A DNA stretch of 63,961 bases, counting the filler, from Lenisia limosa (lineage: Eukaryota > Protista > Breviatea): the NCBI GenBank assembly GCA_001655205.1. It is 10 parts of 10 records of this genome, joined end to end, with 100 filler letters (N's around TTAATTAATTAA, not from the genome) between each part and the next. Parts side by side here need not be neighbours in the genome. Positions count along the whole stretch, not along the records: positions 1 to 22,164 come from LPNZ01005809.1; 9 more parts are not named here. One strand, given 5' to 3'. Below, piece after piece: positions 1-12,200 of the stretch. The position numbers and the translations under genes are program-made. Every line of letters begins with the position of its first letter. Position 1 is the first letter of the stretch. Under the pieces are notes generated by a model. That model saw only the letters and a list, made by a program, of their open reading frames with translations, searched no databases and had not been told where the DNA came from.

Positions 1-3000
1 CGTTTCTTGGGCGTATATGAGCACAACCTGCTAAGGATGGTTGTTGTTTTTTTTTTGGGGGGGGGAGGAGCATTGACCTGATACTCTAGTGCTTGGTGTA
101 GCTGAGATAATTGTTGAACAAGGTATGCTGTTACAAACAAACAAGAAGAGAGTTAGGAAGATAAGGCAGACAAGGTATCCGAATACCTGATTCCAAAATG
201 CTGATATTGAAAGCTTGCTCTGACATCGAGAATTGCGAGAGAACTGATGGTGGTGCTGACCCTCCTCCAATGTCATCAACGGACATGGTCTGAGGGGTGA
301 AGGAAGACGGGATACGATAAAGGATCACAAAAGTAGGGAAAAGGATTGAAGAAGTTCATTGAACATTGAGTTCATGTAAACTCATAAACTGTTAAATAAA
401 AGTAAAAAACCCTGACAGCCCACCTGCTGGCCATGGTGGTCGTAGAGACTGGCTATGATATCCTCCTGTCCGTCAATTGTGTCGAAATCGATTCCATCAG
501 CCGTCTCCCGGATAATAAGGAACCTGAGGTGTAAAGGTGAATGCAGGATCTTAGGAATAAATGGGAGAGGAGGGGGACTTTCCCCTGTGGAAGCTTGGGT
601 GACATGGTCGAAATGGTCTGGGAGATTTCTATTGATGTATCAATGTATCACAAGGATGAACATTGTTCATGAGAGGCAGCGGACTTGGTGTTGGTGGCTT
701 CAAGGTACTCGCGAGTCACTCCGACGACGTTGACGTTAATGTCGGGGAAGCCGATGAGATTCTCCATTTCCACCTTGTTGATGATGGCCTGGAGAGTGAC
801 GAGCATATCCAATAAACTGGGGCAACCCACACTATCGCTTGTGAGGGGGAAGGTCAGGAAAGCGGTATTGGCCACGACGGGGTTTTGACGCGCTTTTTCT
901 TCATCGATGAAGTCCTGTCAGGTGACGATTATGATGAAAATACTTGTATGTATGCTTTCATACAAATAAACAGTAGAAGCATCTGAGACGAAAGGAGGCA
1001 CCAACCATTAGGGACCCCTCATTTAGCGGCCTGCTGTAGTCTGAAGCTTGCAGCAGAAGATCACTTCCGGTGAAAAGCCGAATACTGTTGGATATGGATC
1101 TTGTCTGTGGAGTGAGAGGGTTGGTTCAGATGATCAATAATCCAAGTTAACTCGTAGTTCATATTAACCTTTAGAATAATCATTATGCCCAGTTCCAGAC
1201 AAAGACAGAGTGTGTAACGTTTGTACTCCCCCCTTCCCTCCCCAAAAGGCCACGCGCACCTGTAACGTGACCATGGATCCCGAGAAGATGATGTAGGAAA
1301 GGGCAACAGTGAACATGAGCGATGTTCGGGAGTTCCTCTGACGGTGGCCTTTGGGGTCATGTTTTGATTTATTGAATTCGGATTAATCAACAGTACCATA
1401 ACATTTTCCTCCCAATATAAGGACGCATTGGAGTACAGCCCCCCCCCCCTACCAGCAAGGTTCTTGAGAATCATTTTGAGCATTCTTCTGTCTTTGCCCC
1501 AAACAAGAAATCGAACAATGAAGCGCTCAATGTGCGACTAAAAGGACTGAGTTCATTCGTGTTAGAATCAATCCCATAATGCAGCAACATGAAAAAAATG
1601 AAAATAAGTATGTATTCATGTCAGCTCATACTGTGTGTTAGGAAGCTGAATCACTCGGAATTTCAATACAACAAAAGACCAAAGCCCTTCGCACCTCAAC
1701 AGTCAGCGCGACAATGACAAGGCCCAGGATCATTGTCATCAGGATCATAATGAGAATCCAGAAGAACAAACTGAAGTTCTGAAGGGTGAAAGGAAAGATA
1801 AGAGGGTTTGGAATTAAACCAAATACGGTCCAGATATGTGGTTCACACAGCACCGCATCTAACAAAGAGGTAAAAATGGCCCACTCTGAAAATGAAGGAA
1901 TACGGGATGAGGTAGTAGATGACAAAGCCGGCGATGACCATGACCAAGGCAAGTGCTGTCATGGGGAGACTGATTCCAAGGTTCTCCAGCCGCGTGAAGG
2001 TAATTGACGTCTCAGCAAACAACTGGGGGGATGGGGTCAATGCAAATGGAAAACAAGATAATAGGCATATCATATTGTATACTATGTATGTATATATAGC
2101 ACATGGTATCAGTTATCTTAGTTACAATAGCCTAGATACAAAACAGATTTCAAAACAACGCAATTAGATGAAAAAGCAGTTTCAAATAAGGCTGATATTT
2201 ACAACTGATATTTACAAAGGAACTGAGATCAACATGGTCATTTCAGAACTATTTGGGAGCAAACCTGGTGGTACACATCAAGAGCGTCACGCAGGGTTTT
2301 GGACAGCGCCCGTCTGGATCATTAGATCAAAAAAATCAATCTGTACATCTGTGGTATGCATTGTTTCTTTTTGAATGGCAATATGGGATACTTTTAACAA
2401 TTTAGGAATTAAAGATAGAGAAAAAAATAAAATAAAAAATAACAAAAAATATTAGGAAATATTTTGTTTTAAAAAGAAAACAGAAAATGAGACTGAAGAA
2501 TTTGATCGAAAAGGCAATGTCCCGACAACACCCAATTATTATCCCTTTTCTAGAATAACAAACACCACGTTGCACAGCAATATGAACGCCTCACACCTCA
2601 GCGGTACGACATTGGCCGCCAGCGGAATGCTGAACCCAATGGCACAGGCCATGAGGATGGCCGGGCTCCTGAGGGTGTATTCCATGTCCTGTGGGCATTA
2701 GAGCGTATCCCTTTAATACAGATGTTGTGATGATCTGTGCCAAAGACACCCCCCATAATGATCGATCTAGCGGTTTACAACATTAAATTGAGACAAATAA
2801 TACAGTGACCATTGTAAGTCTTGACCGATTTTTTGATTTCAGGACAATCGGAAAAGACCTATTACGATCACTATGTAACCTGATACCCCCAAACAGTGGC
2901 AGTATATTCTGCAACCACACTGTTAATTGGCAATGTGAAGAACCATGCCAGGACCAAGCCAACAAACAAGCCGGGGACGGCAAACATCATGGACTGGTAG

Positions 3001-6000
3001 AGGTTAAGGAATATGAATAATATCAGATAAGAAGGGGGGGGGGGAGTAAAATTGGAAAATTTGTGAAGCAAAAAAGCCCAAATCAACTCTGTGGNNNNNN
3101 NNNNNNNNNNNNNNNNNNNNNNNNNNNNNNNNNNNNNNNNNNNNNNNNNNNNNNNNNNNNNNNNNNNNGAAAGAGTTAAATAATATAATGTGATTGAGAA
3201 TTGGTCAGCAATGTGCCACGAAAACTAAAGTGCTATCACGTTCTCCACCTTTTCCAGTCACTGTCAAACAGTTTATTCAGTACCTCTTCATAACTCTTCG
3301 CAATCGCATTGTTGAAGTGTCAAGTGATGAGAATATGTGAATAACAGAAGCACCAAAAAATTATCGCTTAAAGATAATAATGCCAGAGCAATACTGAAGA
3401 AACAACACGCAGACATGAAGCAAATCCCACCTGAAGAAACAACACGGTGACCAGAGCGCGCTGCTCAAGACCTAAAGCTCGAAGCATGCCGTACTCGTAG
3501 GTTTTGCCCTCAGTGTCGGCCAAAAGGAGACTGTAGATCATGAGGATGCCCAGTCCCACCAAGACCATCACCAGCCCATTAAAGATCTGTGGGGTGAGAA
3601 AAGCAACTGTAGTTTTTGCAATTCCGAGGGTTTCCCTCACCTGATCGAGGAAGAGCCTAAAGAACAACATGCCCTCAAGGAAGGCTCGGATGGGGGCGGT
3701 GAACACTGACGGATAATCGTGGCCAAGGCCTGAGAATGTTGATAAGGGTATTGGATGTACTCAACATACTTTCAAGTTTGGTTGAGCCACCCCCTCCCCC
3801 TCCCCCACTTTCAGCAACTGAGTCAGAGAAGTATCCAAAATCATCATTCATATCTTCTAAGTCTTGTGTGTATCTGTGGTAGAGTTAGCGGTTGTAGAAA
3901 TTCACTGAAATTCATTGTTATTCATAAATAATGCATATTTTGTATTATTGTATCAATACATACAACATGAATGATACTCTGTACATTCTACTCAAATCAC
4001 ATTCTTTCCTACATTTCTGCTTGAGAATAGCAACGTACCATTTGAAATAAAACACACTCACCATAAACCCTCGCAAAACCCCCACAAAACTCTCACTAAA
4101 CCCTCACCTGTCTATTCGGTTGCGCATGGTCAGGACAGTGGTCATGGTATATTCCGAGTAGTCAACGGCCTGAAGGTCCATGCCGAGAACCGAAGTACCT
4201 TCTGCAATTGGTCAGACATTGGTGCGTATATGAACGATATCATAGCAGAGGCTTCACCCCCAAATCCACCACACATAGAAGAAAATCGAATGAAACTAAG
4301 CTGAAAAACAGGTATTCTGCTTACCAGGATCAAGGGCGTCCACTAACAGAGTGGAAATACCCGCTGCTGCCAGCTAAAATAATAATAAAAAACAACAGCA
4401 GAAGGGTATGATCGATCACGTCGTCAGAGGTGATAAGCAAAAGGCTTATCACCTCACCCCCCCTACGATTTGCGACCGAATACTTTCAAGAATAGTCCCA
4501 ATGTGGTCCTTCTCAATGATAATCACGTTGCCGAGGGCGGAAGGCCACTAAACTGGTTAAGAGAGAACGTCTGGCAGAATCGTCATTTCACTGGTTGAGA
4601 GAATGTCTGACGGTTCAGTACCCAGTGAAGCCGCCTACCTTCCCCTTGCCGCCATTAACTTCACCAAGGACAATCAACTCAGTCGTGGCCCTGCGCGGTG
4701 AACTGATTCAATCCATTCCATTGGTTTCATAAACTTCGTGCACTTTTCACCATGTATCAATATATCTGGCAGTATGTGATATGTAAATATGATATGCAAT
4801 ACCCTCCCCCACGTTGCATTTGGAGAAAGTGTCAGTGTTGGTGAGATAGTACCGTCATCACTTGTGGCATCCTCAATTCCAGGGGGGAGCGGCACCCCAG
4901 GAACTAGAGGGTCAACATCAAACAAATCAATATGAGAATGAAAACCCAATGTTATTAAGATAAAAAGCTAGAAACGTCTGCGATACAAAAAACAAAAGAC
5001 TAGCTCGAACAGGTCTTTTCAATGCATTACCCACATGCAGCTTCCCACGCGGCAGTGACGTTAATTGGTGCGCCTGTCACCGTTGTGTTCCCGCCAATAA
5101 GCTCTAAAATGTCAGTTTCTATCAGCTCCAAAGGGGAATGATGGATGACCCTCAAACGGCTGAGAGCAGTATCAGAGTCTCCGAGGTTCAGGTAGGAGAG
5201 CATTTCACCGATGTTGAAGGTCAAGGTAATGCGTTCGCCAGCATCAGCTACAGATATAAGTCAAAGAAGAGCAACTACATACTATATAAGAGCTACATGT
5301 CAAAGTCAAAGAAGAACAGTGGGTTCAAAAACGATACCAGATAAAAATTTACGTTTTCTCGATGTTAACACAGAACAGACCTTGGACACCAATGCGATCC
5401 AAAAGGCTCTTGGACGCGTAGCACTCCTGTTCGCCCATTTTGCGACCTGTCCATTCCCTGCCAAGTCCAATATCCTGTATGAGTCAGCGGTATATAGACA
5501 ATTCAATACAACATAGTCACAAATCTTTCATGACACTTTTCAGTTCCGTTTGCAGCAATCAGCAATGAACATCCATCATCATCCATGAGATACTATGTTT
5601 CAACCAAGCCTTTCACTTCCCCAGTACCTCCTCAGCCAACGAATCCAGAGCCATGATAACGCTTGCGGTAGTGACGTTGTTGACTGTCTCTTTCGCGGTT
5701 GCATCAGCAATCATAGCCCATCTTGGCGGTTATCGTTAAATATCACAAACATTGGAATGAGAAGGGTAAGAATTAACATCAAATTAGAGCAAAAAGCTGT
5801 CAAAACTTGACCCTCTTGCTGCTGGTTATGTGCAGTTATTTTCTTCCTACCTAGGGGCTGTTCCAATGACTTCATCGTTATCCGCCAGAAGCTCAGCAAC
5901 ACGGGTGTGGTTGACAAAGAGCTGAAGAATCATGCTTTTGAAGACAAGAGAGAGCCCAATACATTGTTCAGTTGTCCATTTCAACTTGCCAAAGATCCAC

Positions 6001-6723
6001 CCTGCTCACAGTAGAGATGTCCAAGGTGCTAACATCATCAACAGGCTCGGAGGTGGCTCCTCCTCTCAGTTCGTCCCCGGTACCGCCGGCAGCAAGAAGA
6101 GGGGTCAGAACCTGGGCGGTTGGAAATGTTGTTACGCCCCCCTCCATGTATTTGCTGCTAGTTTTATGGACATAATTGTCAATTTTACAAAACACCTGAG
6201 ATAACATGACCCACAGACCAGGTCATACTCTCCGACAGAGTCTTCAGCCAGTTTCAGAAACACCAGGGGGGCTTGGAGAACGGTATTATGCAGGGTTCTG
6301 CAATATCAGGAAGATGCAGGAGGGAAAATGGGATAATGGCATCGACCTGAGAATGAAAGGCAAGGTTTAACGAGATATAAAAACACAAAAAAAAAAGACC
6401 AAAGGAATGCAACAGGGAAACAGAAAATTGGAAACTGGCTAAGAAAATTGAGTTATATGCGATTAATGAGTTCAACCAATGAAGAATGCCCTTTCCCCGT
6501 TAAATATAATTTACTGAGAATTCAATACCTCTCTATGTGAAAAACTTCAACAGAGCCACCCCCCTCCCCCTCACGCAATCACACTCACGACAAGCAAGAT
6601 GGTTGTAATTCCAACAATCAGGCCCCTTTTGTCCCTCATTGAGGAGCTCCAGACATAGCGAGCTGCCAGGTTAGTGTCCCGCACAAAGCGGTGCAGAACA
6701 CCCCCATGCTGCCTCTTGCCCAT
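1..6723 (-). CDS. FtsX/MacB-like ABC-type permease family protein (multi-exon, runs off window start)
   Basis: ATG at 6723 gives MGKRQHGG...RYVWSSSMRDKRGLIVGITTILLVVSVIA (MacB-like first TM). Later exons: TLHNTVLQAPLVFLKLAEDSVGEYDL; 3368-3706 LVMVLVGLGILMIYSLLLADTEGKTYEYGMLRALGLEQRALVTVLFLQ (FtsX signature); about 2610-2700 SPAILMACAIGFSIPLAANVVPLR. Further TM exons at 1638-1952. GT-AG introns. Confidence 0.8.
2801..2877. mobile_element. Short MITE-like hairpin element, family A (TA-CAGTGACC termini), diverged copy
   Basis: TACAGTGACCATTGTAAGTCTTGACCGATT...AATCGGAAAAGACC...GATCACTATGTA; matches copies at 25372 and 31059. Confidence 0.6.
3046..3094 (-). repeat. Intronic repeat family B, partial copy ending at an N gap
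   Basis: GTAAAATTGGAAAATTTGTGAAGCAAAAAAGCCCAAATCAACTCTGT, same as the copy at 21025; sense to the host FtsX-like gene. Confidence 0.7.
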
Positions 6724-6981
6724 TTTATCAGATCTCAGGCAGGCTTATTCGGTCATTTCAAATGATAGGGGGACAAGAGGGAGTAGAGGTACTTGATGCT
6801 CTTGTGTTTAATCTTCCTTAGAAATCATTAGCAGCTATATATTACAATATTATTCAGCCATTCTGCTGCATTGAGAGGGTGGCGGGAAAGGAAAAAAGGA
6901 AATAATATATAAGAAAAAAGGACACCCCGGTACGGGTTATCATTTGTAAAGAAAAAAAAATTCCCAGAAATTTGCGTCATA

Positions 6982-8989
6982 ATGAAGTTTCTTGTAGTTG
7001 CATTATGCCTGCTGTTTGCCTTGGCAACGGCTCGTGACCTTACTGGCACTATTGCCCGTCCCCAATGGTAGGAAGCCGTTATTTGAAGTTCTTTTGCTGA
7101 CATTGTAGGGTTTACAACCAAGGATACACATATTTGAGACAATCTCTTATGATCCAAACTTTTGGCGAACCTTGTGCTCTCAACACAAACTGCTCCCCTG
7201 TTTCTAACAGTGCTGTGAAGAAGCACATTGTTACTGAGAGTGTATGCCAGAGAAATAAGTTTTTTTTCGGGACGTCTTCTTTTTCACAGTTCTGAGTTCA
7301 TTCGCCTTCAAAATCACTTTAGTTTATCCATTTATAGGTTGGACCTTTCCGTGTTACCGGACTCAAGCCCGCTGTTGACAGTCTTAGAGCTATTTTCGCT
7401 GATGTAAAGGCTGCAGACAGTGAGGTTAGCATTGTTTCTGGCTAGATTATTGTTTTCTCAAAGAGTATATAAAAAATATGGGATATCTTCGGGTAATTTC
7501 TTTTGATCTGCGGTCTTCTCTCATCTCTTCAGCTTTACAACGCTGTCTCCTCTGCTGGTATGCTTTGCTGCCGTAAGGTCCGTGGTTCCAGCAGATCTTA
7601 CTCCAACCACGCTTTCGGCGCTGCTGGTATGTGGTCTTATTTGGAAGGTGTCATGGTGGTTTCTCACTTCTCCAGTCGATCTTAAGCTGAACGGTGTTCT
7701 TGATCGCTATGGTGACGGCCGCCTCCAAGTGAGAGATGTTCACTTTTAAGTCACTGCCAATACCAATCGTTATTGTTGTGCGTTGCGTTTAATCTCTGTG
7801 TTGTGAGTGTTCTCACTGGAGTCTTTGCGATCATAGAATATGACCAGAGTAGAACGGACTTGTTGACCTTTACCCCTACTTCCACAAGCACGGATGGTAC
7901 TGGGGCGCTGGATTCTCCTACGAAGACGGTAAGCACCGGTTTTTCTCCATCCTTGATGAAGGGGGTTCACCCTCCAGGCATGCATTTCGAGGTTTCCTAC
8001 CAGAAGATGTNNNNNNNNNNNNNNNNNNNNNNNNNNNNNNNNNNNNNNNNNNNNNNNNNNNNNNNNNNNNNNNNNNNNNNNNNNNNNNNNNNNNNNNNNN
8101 NNNNNNNNNNNNNNNNNNNNNNNNNNNNNNNNNNNNNNNNNNNNNNNNNNNNNNNNNNNNNNNNNNNNNNNNNNNNNNNNNNNNNNNNNNNNNNNNNNNN
8201 NNNNNNNNNNNNNNNNNNNNNNNNNNNNNNNNNNNNNNNNNNNNNNNNNNNNNNNNNNNNNNNNNNNNNNNNNNNNNNNNNNNNNNNNNNNNNNNNNNNN
8301 NNNNNNNNNNNNNNNNNNNNNNNNNNNNNNNNNNNNNNTGCATTGAGTCTCACGCCACGTGCTACGCCAACGGCGAGAAGGGTTGGCGCCTGAATTCCAT
8401 TAAGGCCTATAGCCACACTGTCTCTCACAACCCCAGGTTCTTGCATTGACTACCGCGCCTGTTCCGGCACCACCACCCGCGGCCTCTGCCCCGGCTCTTC
8501 CATGATCCTCTGCTGCACTGGCGATTCACGCCGTATCGGCAGAGAGGACGAGCCCATTGTATGTCGACGGAGACCTGTTCCCTGCCTTCTTTTAAACATT
8601 TTATCGTTTGGCGCTGACCACCCCAGGCCACGGACTCGATCTACACCAGCATTGAGGAGCAACTCATTTGGGAGACTGCCCGTGACACTGAGGAGGGCCC
8701 CGAGGGCGAGGAGTACGAAGACATGGAAGAGGTTGGCATGGCTGCAATCATGGCATGAAGGCAAGTGGACTTTTCTGACGTTATAGGACGAGAATGGTGT
8801 TCTTATCAAGCGCGAGAAGGAGTCTTCCTCCTCTGTGGTGAGTATATACCCTATTTGCTCTGCTATTATTCTTGCTTCTTTGATTTGACTCACCCCCAGG
8901 TTCCTTTCCTTCTTGGTGCCGGAGCCGCCGGAATCCTTGCTGCCGGTGCTGCCACTTTCATGAAGCGCAAGCAACACGTGGGTTTCTAA
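6982..8989 (+). CDS. M15-family Zn metallopeptidase (D-Ala-D-Ala carboxypeptidase / L,D-peptidase-like peptidoglycan hydrolase): signal peptide, M15 domain, Cys-rich module, acidic stalk, C-terminal TM
   Basis: Spliced translation: MKFLVVALCLLFALATA-RDLTGTIARPQWVYNQGYTYLRQSLMIQTFGEPCALNTNCSPVSNSAVKKHIVTES|VGPFRVTGLKPAVDSLRAIFADVKAADSE|LYNAVSSAGMLCCRKVRGSSRSYSNHAFGAA|VDLKLNGVLDRYGDGRLQ|NGLVDLYPYFHKHGWYWGAGFSYEDG|MHFEVSYQKM. The SxH-x6-D and ExxxH M15 motifs are present. After the gap at 8011-8338: CYANGEKGSCIDYRACSGTTTRGLCPGSSMILCC...acidic...VPFLLGAGAAGILAAGAATFMKRKQHVGF*. Continuity across the gap is inferred. Confidence 0.85.
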
Positions 8990-9237
8990 TTCTGAAATCA
9001 GGCCTTACTCTCCAGACTATTGTCCAGGCTGAACCTATGGACTACGCTGCCGTCCTCTAAGTGGCTTTGGGGTTTTTATCGGGGTTATGAATTTCTGTTG
9101 CACTTTCATTTGGCTCGTCTCTCTCTTGTCTTATTGGTAACCAGAATAATATCATCATATCATCATATTGGTCTAAAAAGAATGCGGGGAAACAGGACGA
9201 GAAAACACGAAAAAAAACAAAATACAAAACGCCCATC

Positions 9238-12200
9238 TCAGGCGCTACGATGACCCAACACCGCTGTTCTACGGCCAAAGGCCACCCAAAACAGCAGCAC
9301 GACTAAGCTCCAGACGCCGAGCCGAAGCCAGGCTAGTGCCCTCATTTGCGACAGGAGGACACAGTGGATAGCTNNNNNNNNNNNNNNNNNNNNNNNNNNN
9401 NNNNNNNNNNNNNNNNNNNNNNNNNNNNNNNNNNNNNNNNNNNNNNNNNTAAAGGGCATTTCTTAAAAGAAAACACACATTTGTCCCAAAGAACCTAAGT
9501 TCATATGATATGATCTGATTCAACAGTCAACACTTCGCACCTATTCCAAAGAGAGGGAGGATTGGGACCATTGGGCAAATAAAAGCTGGGGACACGGCCT
9601 CGGAAATTTGGGGTAACAGCCATGAAGCCAACATTAGTACAGTGGCAAGGGATGCGGCCTCGTACCTGCGGATGTGAACATTGTGGAAATAACCAAGTAT
9701 TTGAAAAACAGGAAACAGTACAAATCAACTTTTGCAAAGCGGAGCAGAAGACAAGCCAAATTCAACCCACCATCTGAAGTCGTACTGAAGGCCGAATCCT
9801 GCTGCCAGACACGCAGCTATGAATAGCACCACGAGGAACATTGCAAAGGAGTGCGAGGCGGGCTTCCTGGATTTGTAACATAGGAATAAATAAGAAATTA
9901 CAGTGTAATGAGAGCGGGGTTAGAGACGTCGAAGCCTCAGTTGCATTACTTCTGCTCTTTGCTCACTTATTTGAAGCATTAGAAACTTGATCGTCAAGGA
10001 CAGAGTTGATAAGGGCATCATTTTCAACGTCCTTCTCAACCGACTCCTCCTGCATATGGGTGAATGTGTGGTCTTATGGCAGTCATGTACATATCACATA
10101 TCAATGAAGAAGTTAAGAAGGAAAGTAAGGTGGAGTATCAAACTAAATATTGTCATATCTAATATCATGATACTATACCATACTATATTGCGAGTATACT
10201 GGGGAGGTAAGCAGAAAGCTGTGCACAGAGGTGTAAGTGAATTAATATGAAACTATAATTCAATATCTCTTATAAGCGNNNNNNNNNNNNNNNNNNNNNN
10301 NNNNNNNNNNNNNNNNNNNNNNNNNNNNNNNNNNNNNNNNNNNNNNNNNNNNNNNNNNNNNNNNNNNNNNNNNNNNNNNNGACAACAGAGCAAAAACGGT
10401 GATAGAGGCCTTCAGTTATCGCCCCACCTTTCTAAATCTCAGGGAGATAATGGCGACACATACGACAATGTAAGAAGAAATCAGGCCAATACCTGAATTG
10501 AGTGTAAGAAAAAAGAGAATAATGCTGTTACAAAAACAAGACACACGTTCCTCTGATTGTTCCTTCCAACCAAGAGTAGAAGCTATGCCTTCAAGGTCCA
10601 AAAACAGCGCCAATATCGCAGCAACAGTTCCACAGTAAACCTGCATTGTCAAAAAAAAAGTCAGAGAAGACCGATATGCTGCATCTGATGCATTCATGCG
10701 CTATTGTGTACACAAATGTTTATGGAGTTTACGCTTTCTATTCTGATAATTAGATGTTAGCTCTTCTCATATTCCGAATTCAGGTTATAGTTGATGAGGA
10801 AACCCTACTTGGGCGTAGAGGGGAGTCGAGAATCGTTGTGACGTCTTCGCAAAAAACGAGGGTAACAACCCATCAGAAGCCATGGCAAAGTAGATCCGCG
10901 GCTGACTAAAGAGCCCCACAAACAGACTTGTCACTAATCCTGGGGGGGGGGCATAAGCAGACAAAACTCCATAAAATAGTAGGCATGCATGAAACGCAAA
11001 TAAACCCAACGACATTGGTAAAACAAGACGGAATAGAACGCTTCCCTTCTGACAGCCATATATTATATCATAGAATATAATATAATATTTTAATTTACAT
11101 ATCATATACTATGAGCTTACCCAAGGCAGCACCAGCGTCAATAAACGGGGGGAGAAAGCCAAGTCCCACACTCGAAAAACCAGAGGATAGGGGGGCATCC
11201 TTGTCAATCTAAAATGGGTCAAGACAAGTTTAAAACTTCCAACAAGTCTGACCACCCACCTCAGAATAGGGTATCAGGCCGGTGACAACGATGGTGACGC
11301 CACCGTATAATCCGATGCAAACAAGCAGTGATAAAACAATGGCAATGGGAAGGTTGCGCTGGGAGGAGTTACAGATAAATCGAAATAATCAGCCTTGCTG
11401 CTATCCATGTAGTGACAGTAATTAATTATGGTATTAAAAAGCAGTTATTGTCTTTTGTACCCAATGGGTGCAATACCCCCTCCATCATAACATCAATCAG
11501 AGTGATCAAAAATGACACTAAAATAAAAATATCGCACCCGAGGGTTTATGGCCTCTTCGCCACAGTTGGACAGAACGTCAAATCCGATATAGGAGAAAAA
11601 CACAGTTGCCGCCCCCCAAAGCACTGGCGACGCGCCTACTCAGTAAAAGGTGTGAAGGAATACGGATTCTGAACTTCTATCAAATCAAGGACAAAAAAAA
11701 AAAATGAACAGCCATATCCATTCACCTTTTGGAAAGAAAGGAGTCCAATTGTCGGTATCCACTTTCCAAAGGCCAAAGCCAATAATTAAAAATATAACCT
11801 GTAATTGCATAAGACGTGAAAATGTTAAGATCGTGTTTAATTTGTAATTTGAAAAATAACATGAAATTTATTGGCTTACTCCGATAGATAGTAAGGTGAC
11901 AATGCTGTTGAAACGGGCACTTTCCTTCACTCCACCTGAAAAAAAAGAGGAAAATTACACATCACAAGTTGTGTTTGAATAAAAAGAAGCCAGAATAACG
12001 TTAGGCAATATAACTTATCATCACTAGATGTTACTGGAACTCCACTTACGCAGTAAAAAGAGAGTTAAAATAACAATAACAAGAGCAGATAGCGGGTGAA
12101 GGGTCACAAGTCCAGTATCAACCTGAAGCTGATTAAGACAACTATCAACACTTTTCAAAACAGTTTGGTTGCAATGAGGTTTATTCATTGATAAAGTAAT

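Noticed and set aside
7773-8393. 206-aa ORF from the track as a separate membrane protein
   Set aside because: It is mostly N gap, and its real bases overlap introns and exons of the M15 gene in another frame.
6982-8989. Bacterial contaminant contig as source of the M15 peptidase
   Set aside because: The gene has multiple in-phase spliceosomal introns and sits between intron-rich eukaryotic genes on the same segment.
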